Positions 37,508 through 50,030 of a stretch of 64,000 nucleotides of DNA are shown here, piece by piece. Numbering within the stretch: position 1 is the stretch's first letter; the number at the start of each line of letters is the position of its first letter. The stretch lies in assembly GCA_964106915.2 (NCBI GenBank), contig OZ066914.1; one strand, written 5' to 3'. This DNA comes from Podarcis gaigeae. Lineage: Eukaryota. The position numbers were made by a program, and so were the translations under genes. The notes beneath the pieces are model-generated. The model made no database searches and was not told the DNA's origin. It saw only the letters and a program-made list of their open reading frames with translations.

Positions 37508-38254
37508 TTTTACTGCCTTTCTTTACTTAGAAGGCTTGGGAACTGATAGCCTCTGTGACATGGAAGGCCCGGGTGAGCTACAGCAGGAGAAAAGAGGTTC
37601 CAAAACAGGCAGTTGTATAAATGAAAACAACCCTAACACAGAGGCTCTCTGTGACGAGTCCAGAAAGAGAGAACAGAGCTATGATGTTTCAAACAAAAGG
37701 CGGCCTTCAAATTAATAGCCTTGGTAGCTGAAAATGGAGTTTTAAACAAACAGATCCAAATATAATCTCCAAAGATATATACGGGCAACTCTATGTAACG
37801 CAACAAGTCAATTTGCTTTTCACTTAAAAGCCATTTCTATGTTTAGCTCCGGTAAGAACAAAGTGAAAAAGTAGCAGCAATCGGAACTCAGTAAAGACTG
37901 GTGGTAGTTTCATATCTGAATCAGAGGATGTGGATACCACAGCATACCAGGGGGGCAGGGAGGAGGAACCTTCAGTCAACTGCAAGAACTGTAACAATGA
38001 AATCTTAACATCAGCCTTGAAGTGGAAATCAAGTTTCAGGTGGATGGTAGTGGCAGAAGTTCATAATACGACCCATACCCTCTTGTGAAAAAACCCTGTT
38101 AGTTTAAACTGTGTTTTAATGGTGGTTGTGTAACACATTCTGTCATTTCCAGTGTAATGCAGAACAAAAACAAACCAATAACCCCTCTCCCCACCTTCCC
38201 TGGCCCACCTTTATTTAACTATTGCTCCCAGATCGTGGGATATGGTACATAAAG

Positions 38255-39632
38255 ACAGATTTGAAGAAATATATTTATTTTATGTAAGGCATTGATACAT
38301 TCTTTTCGAATTAGTAATTCAGTACAGTTTACATGAAAAATACCAAAATTCATAAAACAATGCAAATCATATGATAAAAGCATATGTAAATATAGTGTTT
38401 ACAGAAGGTGAGGCATATCTCTGTCCACTTGAATTATGGCCTACATGCTATAATGCAGGCACTGAAACAAGCCTCTCAGAAAAAGCCATGGGAATTCTTT
38501 GAGGCTACATAGACAATAATCACTTGATGAAAGACAGTTTTACACAATAATCCATATAATGAATTATACAAATGAAGTAAAATACGTTGTCGTTTCTACT
38601 AGAAGTTCTAGTAATAATACTACTTTGGAGCTTTAAGCATGGAGGACAACTAGATCTTCAATCAAAGTGTTTCAAACTGTGAGAACCCTGGTTTGCTAAA
38701 GTTTTTAAATTGGTCTGTCCCTGATTTTACTGCTTTCTCTATCTGCCAAGAGGTGCTTTGTTGTAATTGTATTTTTAATTCTTTTATATTGTATTTTAAA
38801 ATCATTTTAATGAATTATAAAATAATTGCAGAGTAGCATGCAAATACTGTTAGCTAATAAATGTGGTAGAATGAAATTCAAATTCCTCCCGTTCAGTAAG
38901 ATAGCCTATGGGGATGGGACATCGTTTCACCTTAACCCACCTTGCCAAATGGTTGAGGCTGAACATCTCAAAAGAATGGCAAGTTGCGTATGTAATCAGT
39001 AAATATATCCTTAGGGAACTACTGGCACCTTGCGCAATTATGTAATGATTTCTGTAGTATATAATAGCAAAATAAATTAGTCATTGGTAAAATAAACTGG
39101 GGTAGGGGAAGGGATTTTTTCGAGTTTTGGTCTACTTGATCTAGGATTCCATCTGGGAAAACGTTTTGCAAAAATAAAACAGACGTGTGAAACACAAATA
39201 AAGCATTCTCGCAGTCTTTCCCCCCGCTGCCTTTGAGGACCCCGATTATACACCATTTCAAAAGCATGGCCGTACTCCAAATAAATCACCTTTACGAGGG
39301 TGATGTTCGAAGGCCAGCGAAGGAGGGTGCAGCTGGGAACTCTCTCTGTCACAGAGCAACCTTCAAAGGACGTTCCAGCTGTGGCTGTTGTTCCCTTACA
39401 CCAAAGTGATTTATTTGGACTGTAGCCAATACCTACAGGTGGGTAGTAACAGACACTGATTATCTTTTAAATTTGCTGAACTCTCTATGTGCTAAAAAAG
39501 TACTCTCCACTTTTTTTCAATGGGAACTAACTGAGCATGTAGCATCACAAACTACACAGATAGTTTTACAGACCTTTCTCTGTTTGCCCCCCCCCCCATT
39601 TAAGATAAATACATACAATATTACAATATTAT
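38255..39632 (-). other. TTC21B: Probable TTC21B 3'UTR
   Basis: Minus-strand AATAAA at 39410-39415 (proximal) and 38274-38279 (distal). Confidence 0.5.
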
Positions 39633-39710
39633 TCAAGTTCTTAATGCTATGCGTGCCTTATCAAGTATTTCCTTTCTGATCTTGGGGTAGTTTGGATGCT
39701 GTTCTAAAAC
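39633..39710 (-). CDS. TTC21B: TTC21B (IFT139) exon 29, stop
   Basis: VLEQHPNYPKIRKEILDKARIALRT then TGA; 78 nt. Confidence 0.95.
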   Translation of the reverse strand, partial: VLEQHPNYPKIRKEILDKARIALRT

Positions 39711-40003
39711 CTGTTGAAAGAAAATATATTCATAGTAAGCAGTAAAGTTATTACTTTATTATTGTTATTTATTAAATTTGTATATCTCCCTATACCTGCA
39801 AGTCTCAGGGCGGTTTACAACACGTAGACACATAAAGTCTCACTGTAAACTAAAACAAGTAGTTGACTATTCTACTGTTAGATATCTAAAGCTATTTCAC
39901 TGCAGCAGACGTCAATACTGTCATTAACGAGAACTATACTACAGTGTTTTCCCCTTTTCATAGAACCCACAAGCAAAGAAACATGTTTGTAAAAAAAGTT
40001 TAC

Positions 40004-40071
40004 CTTGTGACAAACATTGATTGCATCAATGTATCTCTTGGCTTTCAGGTAATTAAATGCCAACTTGAAAC
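40004..40071 (-). CDS. TTC21B: TTC21B exon 28
   Basis: [22 protein letters not shown]; 68 nt. Confidence 0.95.
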
Positions 40072-40490
40072 CTGTAAAAAATGGTAAGTCAGAGGTTAAT
40101 TCAAAAGTAGCATTCTCTTTTCATGTAATCCTAGGATTTTACAAGGGGAGCTGAGAGCTTGTGGATACCTGCTGCAGCCCCTTTTTTTGAACAAGGTTCC
40201 TTTAGCAGGAAGAATGGCATAGGCATTTAATAAATATGTAATAGTAATTAATAATAAATTTAAAAACCTACTAACCACAGAGAGTTTGGCCACAGAGCTG
40301 AAGTGGATCTCCCCAGTCTTGGCTGCAAAGAATCACCTCGGTTTTCAATTTCAATTACATGTGTGATCTTTGCTGTCTATTTTATTGTTTCTCCAGCTTG
40401 TCAACCGCCTTGTGTATAGTAGTATAGAAAGGCGTTACATGAATTAAAAGTGAAGTGAAAATGAAATGAAGTTGCTAAGGGTGAACCTAC

Positions 40491-40611
40491 CAATTGTTGG
40501 ATTTGTTTGGTTTCCATATTTCCAGGCCATCTCGTAGTTTGCAGCTGCATCCTTATATGCTTGTTCTTTCTCCATTATGTATCCCATATATTCATAAGCT
40601 TTGCAACAAGA
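40491..40611 (-). CDS. TTC21B: TTC21B exon 27
   Basis: [40 protein letters not shown]; 121 nt. Confidence 0.95.
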
Positions 40612-40887
40612 CTAAAAAAGAATTAAAAAAGAGAGAAATCTCTGTCAGCAAGTCTTAAAATTGCAGAGCCTGTTGACCCACTGAATTGTAAGCTTAAGTG
40701 CTGTTGGCCCTCAATGGCACCGCACAGAAGGTCATAAATCACTGCCCTCACCACTGTCAGCCAGCACAAGGAATGCCGGCCTTATTTTGCCTGCTTTCCA
40801 TAAGCTTAGTTGCATTAATTAAAAGACTCCAGGGATAGAAAAACATGAACAGAACAGATACAGCATTACTTCTGGCCTGTCCGTTAC

Positions 40888-41112
40888 CCTGTTATGACGA
40901 AGGCACCGTTTTAACAGGTCACTAGCCATTTCGTATTTTGAAGACTGAATGAAAATGTCAGCGAGGAGAAGCCAACTTTTTTCAAACTCTTCTGCGTCAA
41001 CGGGATTCCAGTTCATCTTTGAAATGCGCTTCAACTGGTTTCTGGCTCGCTGGGTTTGTTTTAAGATCATGTAAGCCGTGGCCATTCCCAAAAGTGCTGG
41101 GATGTGATCTTT
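40888..41112 (-). CDS. TTC21B: TTC21B exon 26
   Basis: [36 protein letters not shown]...CLRHNR; 225 nt. Confidence 0.95.
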
Positions 41113-41515
41113 CTGCAAAAAAGACCAATATGATGCAACTCAGAAGACAGAGAACCCAGTATAAATGTCAGCATCCTCAAAAGGACAGTGCTTTGCCCTG
41201 ACAGTGGCTGGTTATTCTAGGTTAGCACTTGGGCAGGTTGGAAAAAAAAATAATCACAACTCCAAAAACGCCTTTCTAAAGCCACAATGTGATTAATTCA
41301 CTAAAACTCCACACAAGGACTTCTTGCATGAAAGAAAAACAGTGGCAGTAAGAAACTTACAAACCGGGGGGAGGGGGGAGAGATTCCCAACAATCCTTAC
41401 ATGTTACAAACATTTCTGAAAAGAATAATCTTTTACCTAGTACAACTACACTCTGAAAAATGATATTTAATATTGACAGTTTGCATTTCTTACTGCAGAA
41501 AGTATTGATCTCATG

Positions 41516-41977
41516 TGTAAAGATTCTTTTCTATTTGGATTAATACAGGAGGCTACTAGAGGCATCTCTGTGTGAGAGAAGCAGAGGCAGAAGGGTTAAT
41601 GATTGTTTGGGTTATACCTTCTGGGAAGCTGCTTTGAAATAGTTCTCTTATCTCTTCCAATTAAGGTCATGCTGACTATAAATATAGGCCAGAAGAACCC
41701 TGAGTTTTACTTTTCTCTTTCTAGCTCTCTTCCTTCTGGTGTGGTGTTTCTGTTTCTGTATAGTGTTCAGGTTTAGTCTTATTATGAGATAGGTTTGTAA
41801 GTGCTGCAACTCTGTATGCAAGTCCTGATTGTATTGGATTTGATAACCATTACACTACATTTGCCTTCAGTAGAAGTAAAGCTCTGCTGAATGAAGTACT
41901 ATTGCCTCTGGTCTATTTTTTGGAACTCTGCTGAACTCTGCAACATGTTTAAGGTTTTCCTCCACACGTATGACACA
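41516..41977 (+). mobile_element. Candidate old solo LTR
   Basis: TG...CA ends, internal TATAAATA at about 41677, AGTAAA near 41876; TSD only partial (CATG/CATA). Confidence 0.3.
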
Positions 41978-42108
41978 CATATGACAAATATAATCTACTA
42001 TTAAAGCAATGAGCCGTGCATGGAATACTTTTATTTGTAGGTATGAGGTTCCTACATGTGTATAATACACCTGTGTTCAACTGAACAGAGACACTATAAA
42101 CAACCTAC

Positions 42109-42304
42109 CTCATCAACCACAATTTCTGTAAAGGCGTTTAGCGCTCGCTCAACATTTGATTTTTGTTTGGTTGCCACAAGGCAGTAATTTTCCATGATGC
42201 GGAGCTGCACATGGCCTTGAGCTGTCTGGGGCTTCAGTTCTTTTAAGAGCTTCTCTGCTGTTCTCACAGCCAGCTGCACAGACTCTTGCTTCTCTGTTGA
42301 GCTA
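42109..42304 (-). CDS. TTC21B: TTC21B exon 25
   Basis: [27 protein letters not shown]...FTEIVVDE; 196 nt; NAGNAG acceptor. Confidence 0.93.
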
Positions 42305-42676
42305 CTTCATACATACAGGCATAAAAGAAACAACATCAGTTCTTGTGTATCAGAAACTCTGCTTTCCATTACTCAATGGGGATTTTGAAAATAGCTAGAA
42401 TGAGCCCTAGAAAGCCAGCTGACAATAGCACGCAGGTTTAGCCTTTAGGAGCCTTTAATTATATATCTGTCATCAACATTTATCCATGATGCATTTTTAT
42501 AGAAATCAGTAAAAAATAAAATCTGGTTCCCATCATTTCCCCGCTTGAAGTCAACCCGTCACTCACTGCTGGCACCCAAAAATTTGTAGAGACTCTTCCA
42601 TGTGCCAGTCAAGATACACCAAAACAAAACCCTGCACTAAAATACTAGGAGTTCTAAAAATCTCATCGCCACTCAC

Positions 42677-42838
42677 TTTGCGTCACCGTCCAGATGTTCA
42701 AACACTTCACCTCCCACTGTTTCATTGTCAGGGTTCAAGCAGATTTCAATCATGTTATAAACAGCGTTTTGTCCCCAGTCATTGTCTTTCCTCGCTTTGT
42801 TAAAATGTCGAAGCGCATCATTTGGTTCGCCTGTGTAC
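42677..42838 (-). CDS. TTC21B: TTC21B exon 24
   Basis: [53 protein letters not shown]; 162 nt. Confidence 0.95.
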
Positions 42839-43522
42839 CTAAACAGGAAATCACACTTGCATGAATTGAAACACAAGGAAACGGGGGGAAATGATGCTGG
42901 CAGGCAGCTGTATTTGGAAAGGAAGAGTCCAAGGAGGAAGAAGAGAGGGAGCAGAGAGCCAAGGAGTTGCAAAGCAGGAGTAGAGAAGTGGCTCTGGCTA
43001 GTGGGCAGGATCCAAAACTCCCGTGCCCCAAGAGCCGCCTCCTGTCAACCACTTGTCATCACATGACACCAAGTGACTCAATTTCAAAAGGAAGAATCTT
43101 CCAGCTGTAATTTGTTTTTTTGAATTTGGCACATTTATAGGGCCGTAGAGAAAAGGTGGCAAATTCGAAAGACCCTGAATAGGACCAGCAGCAGAAAAAG
43201 GAGAACTGGGATCACCCTCTAAGTGCACTCTTGAATCTTCCATTTCAGTTTGACCCCACAAGTTTACCTGTCCTGCGTGTGACATCATAAGATGTCCGCA
43301 GATAGGTAGACGGGGCTTTGTTTGGGCCACACTATCATTAATCCTGCAGAGTGGAAATTCTCCCATCACTGTTGTAAAGGTAGGAAGGACAAAGAAAACA
43401 AGTGAACTGAAAGAACCAGACATTAACACTATTTGAATTTGCTTGGCTGGCGTGTCATGAAAGCAAAGGAAACCAACCCTTTCTCACTGACACTATACTA
43501 GTGATTTTCTAGCCACACCTAC

Positions 43523-43673
43523 CAAAGATACAATCCTTTGCAATAGTGAAAACCTGGGTCGAGTTTTGTCCTGGGGGAATGTTTCTCAGCCATGGCAATA
43601 AATCTTGGAACTTCTTCTAGCTTTCCAGCTCTTCTCAACAGGTCAATTAAACGTGATAGCGTTGCATAATTAT
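43523..43673 (-). CDS. TTC21B: TTC21B exon 23
   Basis: [24 protein letters not shown]...[11 protein letters not shown]; 151 nt. Confidence 0.95.
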
Positions 43674-43966
43674 CTGTTAATGTAAGCATTCTGGGCATTA
43701 CAGAAAGCAAGCACATTGTGAAAATTAAACACAAGAAAGAAGCATAAAAATCTAAGTAAAACCAGAACTATAATGTCTGGTAGGCAGAAGGTGTGCCCTT
43801 CTGTGCCAACAGAGAGATGCTGGTGTCACACTCTGCAGGCAGCTGACGGAATCCACCCACTTTTCTAGCCTGGCGCAAAGGGAGCTTGCATTGCTCTGCC
43901 ATCAACGTGTAGCTTTAGTGTATAAAGATTTGTTAAAAGGGAGCCATGAAAAGATCTGATGCTCAC

Positions 43967-44048
43967 CTGGGCTGCGTTCCAAAAGCTGCTGGAAATGAAA
44001 CACCGCTTGTTCGTAGTCCTGTTTCCTGAACATGAGGTCAGCCATCAT
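43967..44048 (-). CDS. TTC21B: TTC21B exon 22
   Basis: [27 protein letters not shown]; 82 nt. Confidence 0.95.
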
Positions 44049-44309
44049 CTACAAGCACAAAGCAGAGATGCTAAGGAAACAGAAAGCAACACAAAACCTT
44101 CTTCACAGCAATTTTATCCTGCAATATCAGCCTATGCCTGAGTGCAAAACTCAAATGGGCTAGAGGCTAAACTCTTCTTCACATACCAAATGCCCAGGGG
44201 CCACACCCACAGCTGTTAAAGAACAAAAATCGACCAGCTTCAATGGTTCCTTGGGATCTGTGTTGGGAGCAGTGTTTTATTTTATTTTGTTCGTAAGTGA
44301 TCTGGAGTC

Positions 44310-44550
44310 GGGGTGAGCTGTGGGGTGGGCCAAGTTTGCTGATGATGCCAAATGGTTCAGGGTAGCAAATACAAAAAGGGATTGTGAAGAGCACAAAAAG
44401 GAACTCAAGTTGGGTGAACGGGCATTAAGATGGCTAACATGATTCCATGTAATAAGTGACTGTAAAAATTCATGGTATATGCTAATAGAATGTGAACTAG
44501 TGGTGGCTGACCAGAAGAGAACTCAGGATCATGGCAGGTAGTTCCATGAA
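44310..44550 (+). mobile_element. Degenerate CR1-like LINE RT fragment
   Basis: KFADD motif (aagtttgctgatgat at 44332-44346) followed by CR1-like degraded sequence. Confidence 0.6.
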
Positions 44551-44647
44551 AAGAAGACATTACAGAGGTGTCCCTTTAACATTTTTCCTAAAACCTAAAA
44601 TAATGTCATTAAATAGCCATCCTACAGAGAGCATGTGTATAACTGAC

Positions 44648-44758
44648 CATGGCAGCTGGCGCATTATCTGGATCACTCTTCAGCAACAGAGCACACTGGC
44701 GCTGGCATGCATCCACATCATCGTGTGCAAGGTACAAACGGGCTAGTTCTAGCATCAC
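44648..44758 (-). CDS. TTC21B: TTC21B exon 21
   Basis: [37 protein letters not shown]; 111 nt. Confidence 0.95.
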
Positions 44759-44883
44759 CTGAGGATTAAAATATAAATAGAAGCTCTTCACTAATTTCTC
44801 ATTCTATTTACAACATGCATCCCAACCACCACACCTCTTAAGCAAGGCTGGAGGGAAAACAGTTCTTCTTGGTGCTCACTGAC

Positions 44884-45072
44884 CTTGTTGTCCGTTTCAC
44901 AATGAACAAGAGCTTCTTTGTAGAATTTAATTGCTTTCTCATAGTTCCGCTGGGCCGCTGAATGCTTTGCTATCTCTGCACAAATTTCAGCTGCTAGTTG
45001 CTTCTGTACAGGAACCGCGTCCAGCTGCTCTATCTGAATCCGCTTCAATACTCTGGCCTGCAGTTCCTGAGC
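44884..45072 (-). CDS. TTC21B: TTC21B exon 20
   Basis: [37 protein letters not shown]...CETDNK; 189 nt. Confidence 0.95.
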
Positions 45073-45229
45073 CTGGTGGAAAAGCAAAAGAGGCTTCCAA
45101 TAGGAAATAATAATATCGGATGAAGTTTGGGGGGGGGGGTGGATTTGGAGCAAGTTGTGCATTTTAAAAAGGACCAATTCTCTAAATCAGTATTGTATGT
45201 GTCCTTGTCTTGATATGTGCAACATAAGA

Positions 45230-45367
45230 GTCGTAGAATTCTAGAGCTGGAAGGGACCACAAATGCCACCTAGTCCAACCCCCCTGCAATGCAGGAATCT
45301 CTTGCACAACGTGGGGCTCGAACCCAGAAGCCTGAGATCAGGAGCCTCATGCTCCACCAACTGAGCT
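45230..45367 (-). mobile_element. tRNA(Lys)-derived SINE with CR1-like 3' tail
   Basis: Minus strand AGCTCAGTTGGTGGAGCATGAGGCTCCTGATCTCAGG...GGGTTCGAGCCCCACGTTG resembles tRNA-Lys(CTT); same CTGCATTGCAGGGGG-TGGACTAG...GGTCCCTTCCA tail as 25238 copy. Confidence 0.8.
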
Positions 45368-45882
45368 CAGAGGCCAAGTTAACTCTTGTGCTTGACTGGT
45401 GGGAGCAAACAGCTGGTCCTTTGTTGCCTGACATACCTTAACAAATTGAACAGTCAAAGGTCTGTAGGTGGAAGGAAGTGACTTTTGTAACGGATGGCAG
45501 GAGTTGTTTTAACGTCACTAATGTAAAATAGTGAGGGAAATGTTGAAGTCGCCCAACACATGCAATAGGGGAATAATTCATTATCACCATTAAAGTGTTT
45601 TTTGTTCTGCTGGTGCTACTCATTGGGTGACCTTGGGCCAGCCACTGCATCTATATCTAACCTACCTCACAGGGTTGTTTGTAAGGTTTAAATGAAGAGG
45701 GGCAGACCATGTGCATCATTTTACTCCTTGGAAAAAAGGTAGGATACAAATGCAATAAAGAAGTAATAATAATATCAGACCTGGACCATTTTAAGCTTGA
45801 TCTCCTCTATTGCTACCAGGTAACCAAGTATCTCTCTTCTGCCACCAAAGGCCTAACATGCCAATATTTCATATTTCTTTAC

Positions 45883-45989
45883 CTGTTGTAAGGAAACAAC
45901 AGCATCGTCCGTCCTGTCCATTTTGCTGTACACCTTTGCCAGAAGAACCTGGTAACGCGTATCTTCCATCAGAGAGGACAAATCATTTA
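45883..45989 (-). CDS. TTC21B: TTC21B exon 19
   Basis: [35 protein letters not shown]; 107 nt. Confidence 0.93.
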
Positions 45990-46076
45990 CTGCAGAAACA
46001 TACAGATACAAAGTCTTGACAAATAGTGATCTCTTTATTTCTTAAAAAAAATATGAAGCAAATAAGATGTACATAC

Positions 46077-46215
46077 CAGACTCATGATCCAAAACTTGCC
46101 GAAGGACTTTTACTGCTTTTTCATACTGGTTCAATTTCAGCAATAGCTCTGCCAGGTCGTAAGAAAGGAAATTCTGCTGCCCAGTTTTCAGAGCTGCTTC
46201 ATAATAATTGATTGC
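46077..46215 (-). CDS. TTC21B: TTC21B exon 18
   Basis: [46 protein letters not shown]; 139 nt. Confidence 0.95.
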
Positions 46216-47456
46216 CTAAAATAATAAATGAACAAACAAATAATCTGAAAGATCCTGTTTGACATTTCTGAAGGAGCTGCAGGTGTCAGAAAGGAGAAGA
46301 TTCCCTGACACTCAAATGGAAAATTACGTTTGCCATTTGAATATCTTAGCTGCCTTCAGACTATCTTAGCTAGTAGATCAATACTTTGCACAGATTAATA
46401 GCTAAATATAAAACTAGAGGCAAATTTCTTTTTGATACGTCCATATTTTGTTCTGGTCACAGCTCAATAATTCTTTATATGGATTATACGTTTGTTAAAA
46501 AAATCATACACAAACCTGAAAATAAAATATTGCAGAAGGAACCTGCAACAAGATATGATGTGCTTTGAATTAGGTCAATGAACATTCTTAATCTAAGGGT
46601 TAAGAGTTTGCTGCACTGTCAGCCCCAGACCTCAGACCTTGCGCATGTGTGCCTGACAATGGCATCCCCCAATCCCAATTTCTCTCACCGCGAGGATGTT
46701 TTAAGCTGTGAGGAGTCTGTTTCTTAGCAACTTTAATAGCCTTTTGGGGACAGACTAATTTTGATTATATGAAGCACTTTCCTCTCTGATCCTGTGACCA
46801 TCCCCAAAGCCCACTGTGCCCTTCACAGGCCAACAGTTTAAATTCTGCATGGAAAATGAAACTGGGAATGGTAGTGGCAACACTGGAAAAATAAGGCATT
46901 GTCCTCCATCATGCACTGACAGCTCTCTCCATTCATGAACAAGCCAAATACCACAGGCATGCAGTAACACTTGGACACTTATGGGGGCATTTGGGTGTTG
47001 TGTAATCCATATGTGGATATTTTTTATTTTATTTTTTAGACAGATTTCCAGTGCATCAGAAAGGAGTCTTCTCCTTCCTTTAACCCCCTCAAGTTGTTTG
47101 TTACTGTTGTTTGTTTTCATACAAACAATATTAACCTAAAAATTATTGTTTTTTAAACCTGCATTTCGCTTTGACCCACAAAAACCAACCTCTTCTGGCT
47201 AGCTGGCCTCGTTTCACTTCTGTACTGGTCAGCTGCTGCCACTAAAAACTGGGGGCAGGAAGAGCTGGATGGAGGAAAGACAAAGAACTAAAAACTTCAG
47301 AGCAGAATATTTTAACATTCTTCACGCTGCTAATTCTTTTTGTGTGTGCACATCGACATCCACAATCCTGGGCTCTTCTGGAGGGCAGGTTAAGTGTTTC
47401 TGGAAATGTTACAGAAATGATTGTATCGGGATGCATGCAAGCCGGTCATCACATAC

Positions 47457-47567
47457 CTTTGTATACTTATGAGTCTTGACCAAGGCATTCCCAATTTTGC
47501 GAGCCAATGCTCCATCCTTTAGATTCAACTTCAAGGCCTGTTCATATACCACGATGGCTTCTTCAGG
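47457..47567 (-). CDS. TTC21B: TTC21B exon 17
   Basis: [37 protein letters not shown]; 111 nt. Confidence 0.95.
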
Positions 47568-47968
47568 CTAGGGTAAAGAAAAATAACAGTAAGGTCATGA
47601 GAAGCCCAAGCATGAATGATTGCAAGGCCTATTTGTCTATATCTATATATCTATATCTAGTATATCAATAGAGATATAACAAAACAAAACCAAATAATAT
47701 TAATCAGAAAACAAGATTCCAGTGGGGAGTCTTGGGATAAGGCAAGGGCACAGAGCCAAGTGGGGAAACAAAACTCTGAAGAGCCTCATGGTGATCCCAT
47801 TTGGTACATTCTCTTTCCATTTTCCCTCTTGAGGAGCAGGCAGCCTTGTAAATAAACCCATGAAAGTTACTATCCTGCAAGGAGGAAGTAACAGGCAAAA
47901 AACTGCATTTCTGTGTTGGACACAGAGGAGAGGGGCTTCCCTCTAGTAACTTGCTTGGTTTTGTCAAC

Positions 47969-48022
47969 TCCTGGTTACATATGTCTACCATGCATGCAAT
48001 TCCTGGTTACATATGTCTACCA
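47969..48022. repeat. 22-bp direct repeat (local tandem duplication)
   Basis: TCCTGGTTACATATGTCTACCA at 47969-47990 and 48001-48022. Confidence 0.9.
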
Positions 48023-48224
48023 ATGTCAGCATGCGACAGCAGCCACACTCCAGGAAGCGGTTTCAGCTGGCCAGCTAAACCAGGTGAGAGTAGCCAATGG
48101 GTTTCAAACCCTCAGTGAGTTAGGGGCTTCCCCTGCATACAAAGACAGGCTCCAACAGATGGAACAGATGAGATCAAGTATGGGTCCAATGGTCAAGAAG
48201 GCAGTTTCTACACATGCTCTACAG

Positions 48225-48360
48225 CAGGCATAGGGAAACTCGGCCCTCCAGATGTTTTGGGACCACAACTCCCATCATCCTTAGCTAACAGGACCAGTGG
48301 TCAGGGATGATGGGAGCTGTAGTCCCAAAACATCTGGAGGGCCGAGTTTGCCTATGCCTG
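48225..48360. mobile_element. hAT MITE (same family as 12921)
   Basis: CAGGCATAGG...CCTATGCCTG; TSD CTCTA(C/T)AG. Confidence 0.88.
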
Positions 48361-48371
48361 CTCTATAGTGA

Positions 48372-48811
48372 TGTGAGGGGCAGATGGGGCTCGTCAACTT
48401 GGAAAGGTAGCCCATTGTGGAGAAGGAAAACTTTGATCCTAAACCACCACAGCCTTGCAGGTAAGAAAGGCTTCGGGAGTAAACCCAGAGGAAAAATCCG
48501 TACCCACTGCCTTGAAGGACATCTTCAGGAAAAGAAAGGCTAAGGAGTAAACCCTACACAAATCCAAAATGGAGTCCCTAAGACCGTTGGATGGTGCCTT
48601 GTACGCCTCCTTCTGGCAAGCTGGTGCCAAAGTATTGTTCTGCTTTTCTTTGGACCACATCAGCGAGGCTGAGAGGGAGGGTCTTGCCGTCTGGGCAGCC
48701 CAGGACCTCCATACACACTGCCCAGGGGAAGTCACTTCAGTGCTGCTAACACAGCAGTTTGACCTCACCTCCAGATGGGGCACTCCATTGTCTCTCATGA
48801 CAACAACAACA
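48372..48811 (+). mobile_element. Unclassified retroposon-like repeat with (CAA)n tail
   Basis: GC-richer block ending GACAACAACAAC; tail type suggests an RTE/Vingi-mobilised element; family unverified. Confidence 0.4.
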
Positions 48812-48922
48812 TGTCTACAAGGCTGGGGTCAGGGCTTGTGTAAGCCAGTACTATTCACAACAGAGGTGCTCCTTCTCGAACTGAAACCTAACCATAACCC
48901 CTAAAGCTACAAATGCTTATAC

Positions 48923-48995
48923 CTCCTGGATATTCATATATGCATCACCAAGGAGAAGAAAAGTGTGAGAACTTGGAAGTTTCTCTACCAGGTCT
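48923..48995 (-). CDS. TTC21B: TTC21B exon 16
   Basis: DLVEKLPSSHTFLLLGDAYMNIQE; 73 nt. Confidence 0.95.
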
Positions 48996-50030
48996 CTGAA
49001 AATAAGAAGAAAGAAAATAAATCATGTCAATAGTTGAATCTGTTTGCTACTAGTGCAGTAAGCCAACTTCCAACGGCCAGGTATTTCCCCCCCTTTTTTG
49101 TTTAATAGGCTGGTGGCAAATGTTTGCTTCCTTTGTCTTCAGACATTTTGATTTAACAAGGACAGAGGAGGTGTTCCAGAGAAAGCAAATTAAGACGAAC
49201 TGTTATCCTGGAAATCTTAGTTTTAAGGAAGACACCGAAATCTGTTATCTGATGTGCTTTCTTGTTGATACCAGTGCTGTAACAGTTGTGTCATGGAACA
49301 CGTAGCTAACTAAAGAATGATTCAGAAAAGCATCTTCATTCAAACAAAGGACTCCAAGAGAACAACTGGGATAATCATAACATCTGGAAAATTGAGTCTA
49401 GCATACTTACTGTAAGACTTTAAAAAAATTGAGGCAAGGGGTAGAAGGGGACACACTTTGGTTGGAAGAAGCAGATGTCTGTGGGCTCTGAATACCTTCC
49501 CTAGGCACCGTAAGTACTAAAAAGGCACAATATTTTATTGACAACCTTTTCCAAAGAAGCAAAACCATACCATTCCAAAAGCAAATGGACACATCCTTGT
49601 TGCGGGGGGTTACAGGCTGAAACACAGTTGCCCTGTAATAGCTTCAACAGTAGAGCAGGGATGGGGAAACTGTGGCCCTTGGGATGCTTTTGAGCTCCAA
49701 TTCCCATCAGCCTCAGTGCCACAGATGATGGGAGTTGTAGTCCAAACATACATAGAGAAGGGCACAGGCTGCCCACCTCTGCTGTAGAGAGAGCAAAACT
49801 GCAGGCATACAGGTGTACGTTTCTGATCAATGCTGCAGTGACTCAGAGCTGTTTTCCCGACGTGTATTTTTGTTTTAAAGAATATTTCAAAATGAATGGC
49901 TTTTTTGTACATCAATGTACATCTATGCACAGTACTTTTCAGTGAAGTGGTTTATTTCTTCAGGAAGAAACAGGCACCAAATGAACTTGGTACATAGTAT
50001 TATTATTATTTTGGCAAGCTAAGCTCTTAC

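Noticed and set aside
45300-45367. Functional tRNA-Lys gene
   Set aside because: Degenerate stems and fused to a SINE tail
47969-48022. CRISPR-like repeat-spacer unit
   Set aside because: Only two copies with a 10-bp spacer in a vertebrate intron; a simple local duplication
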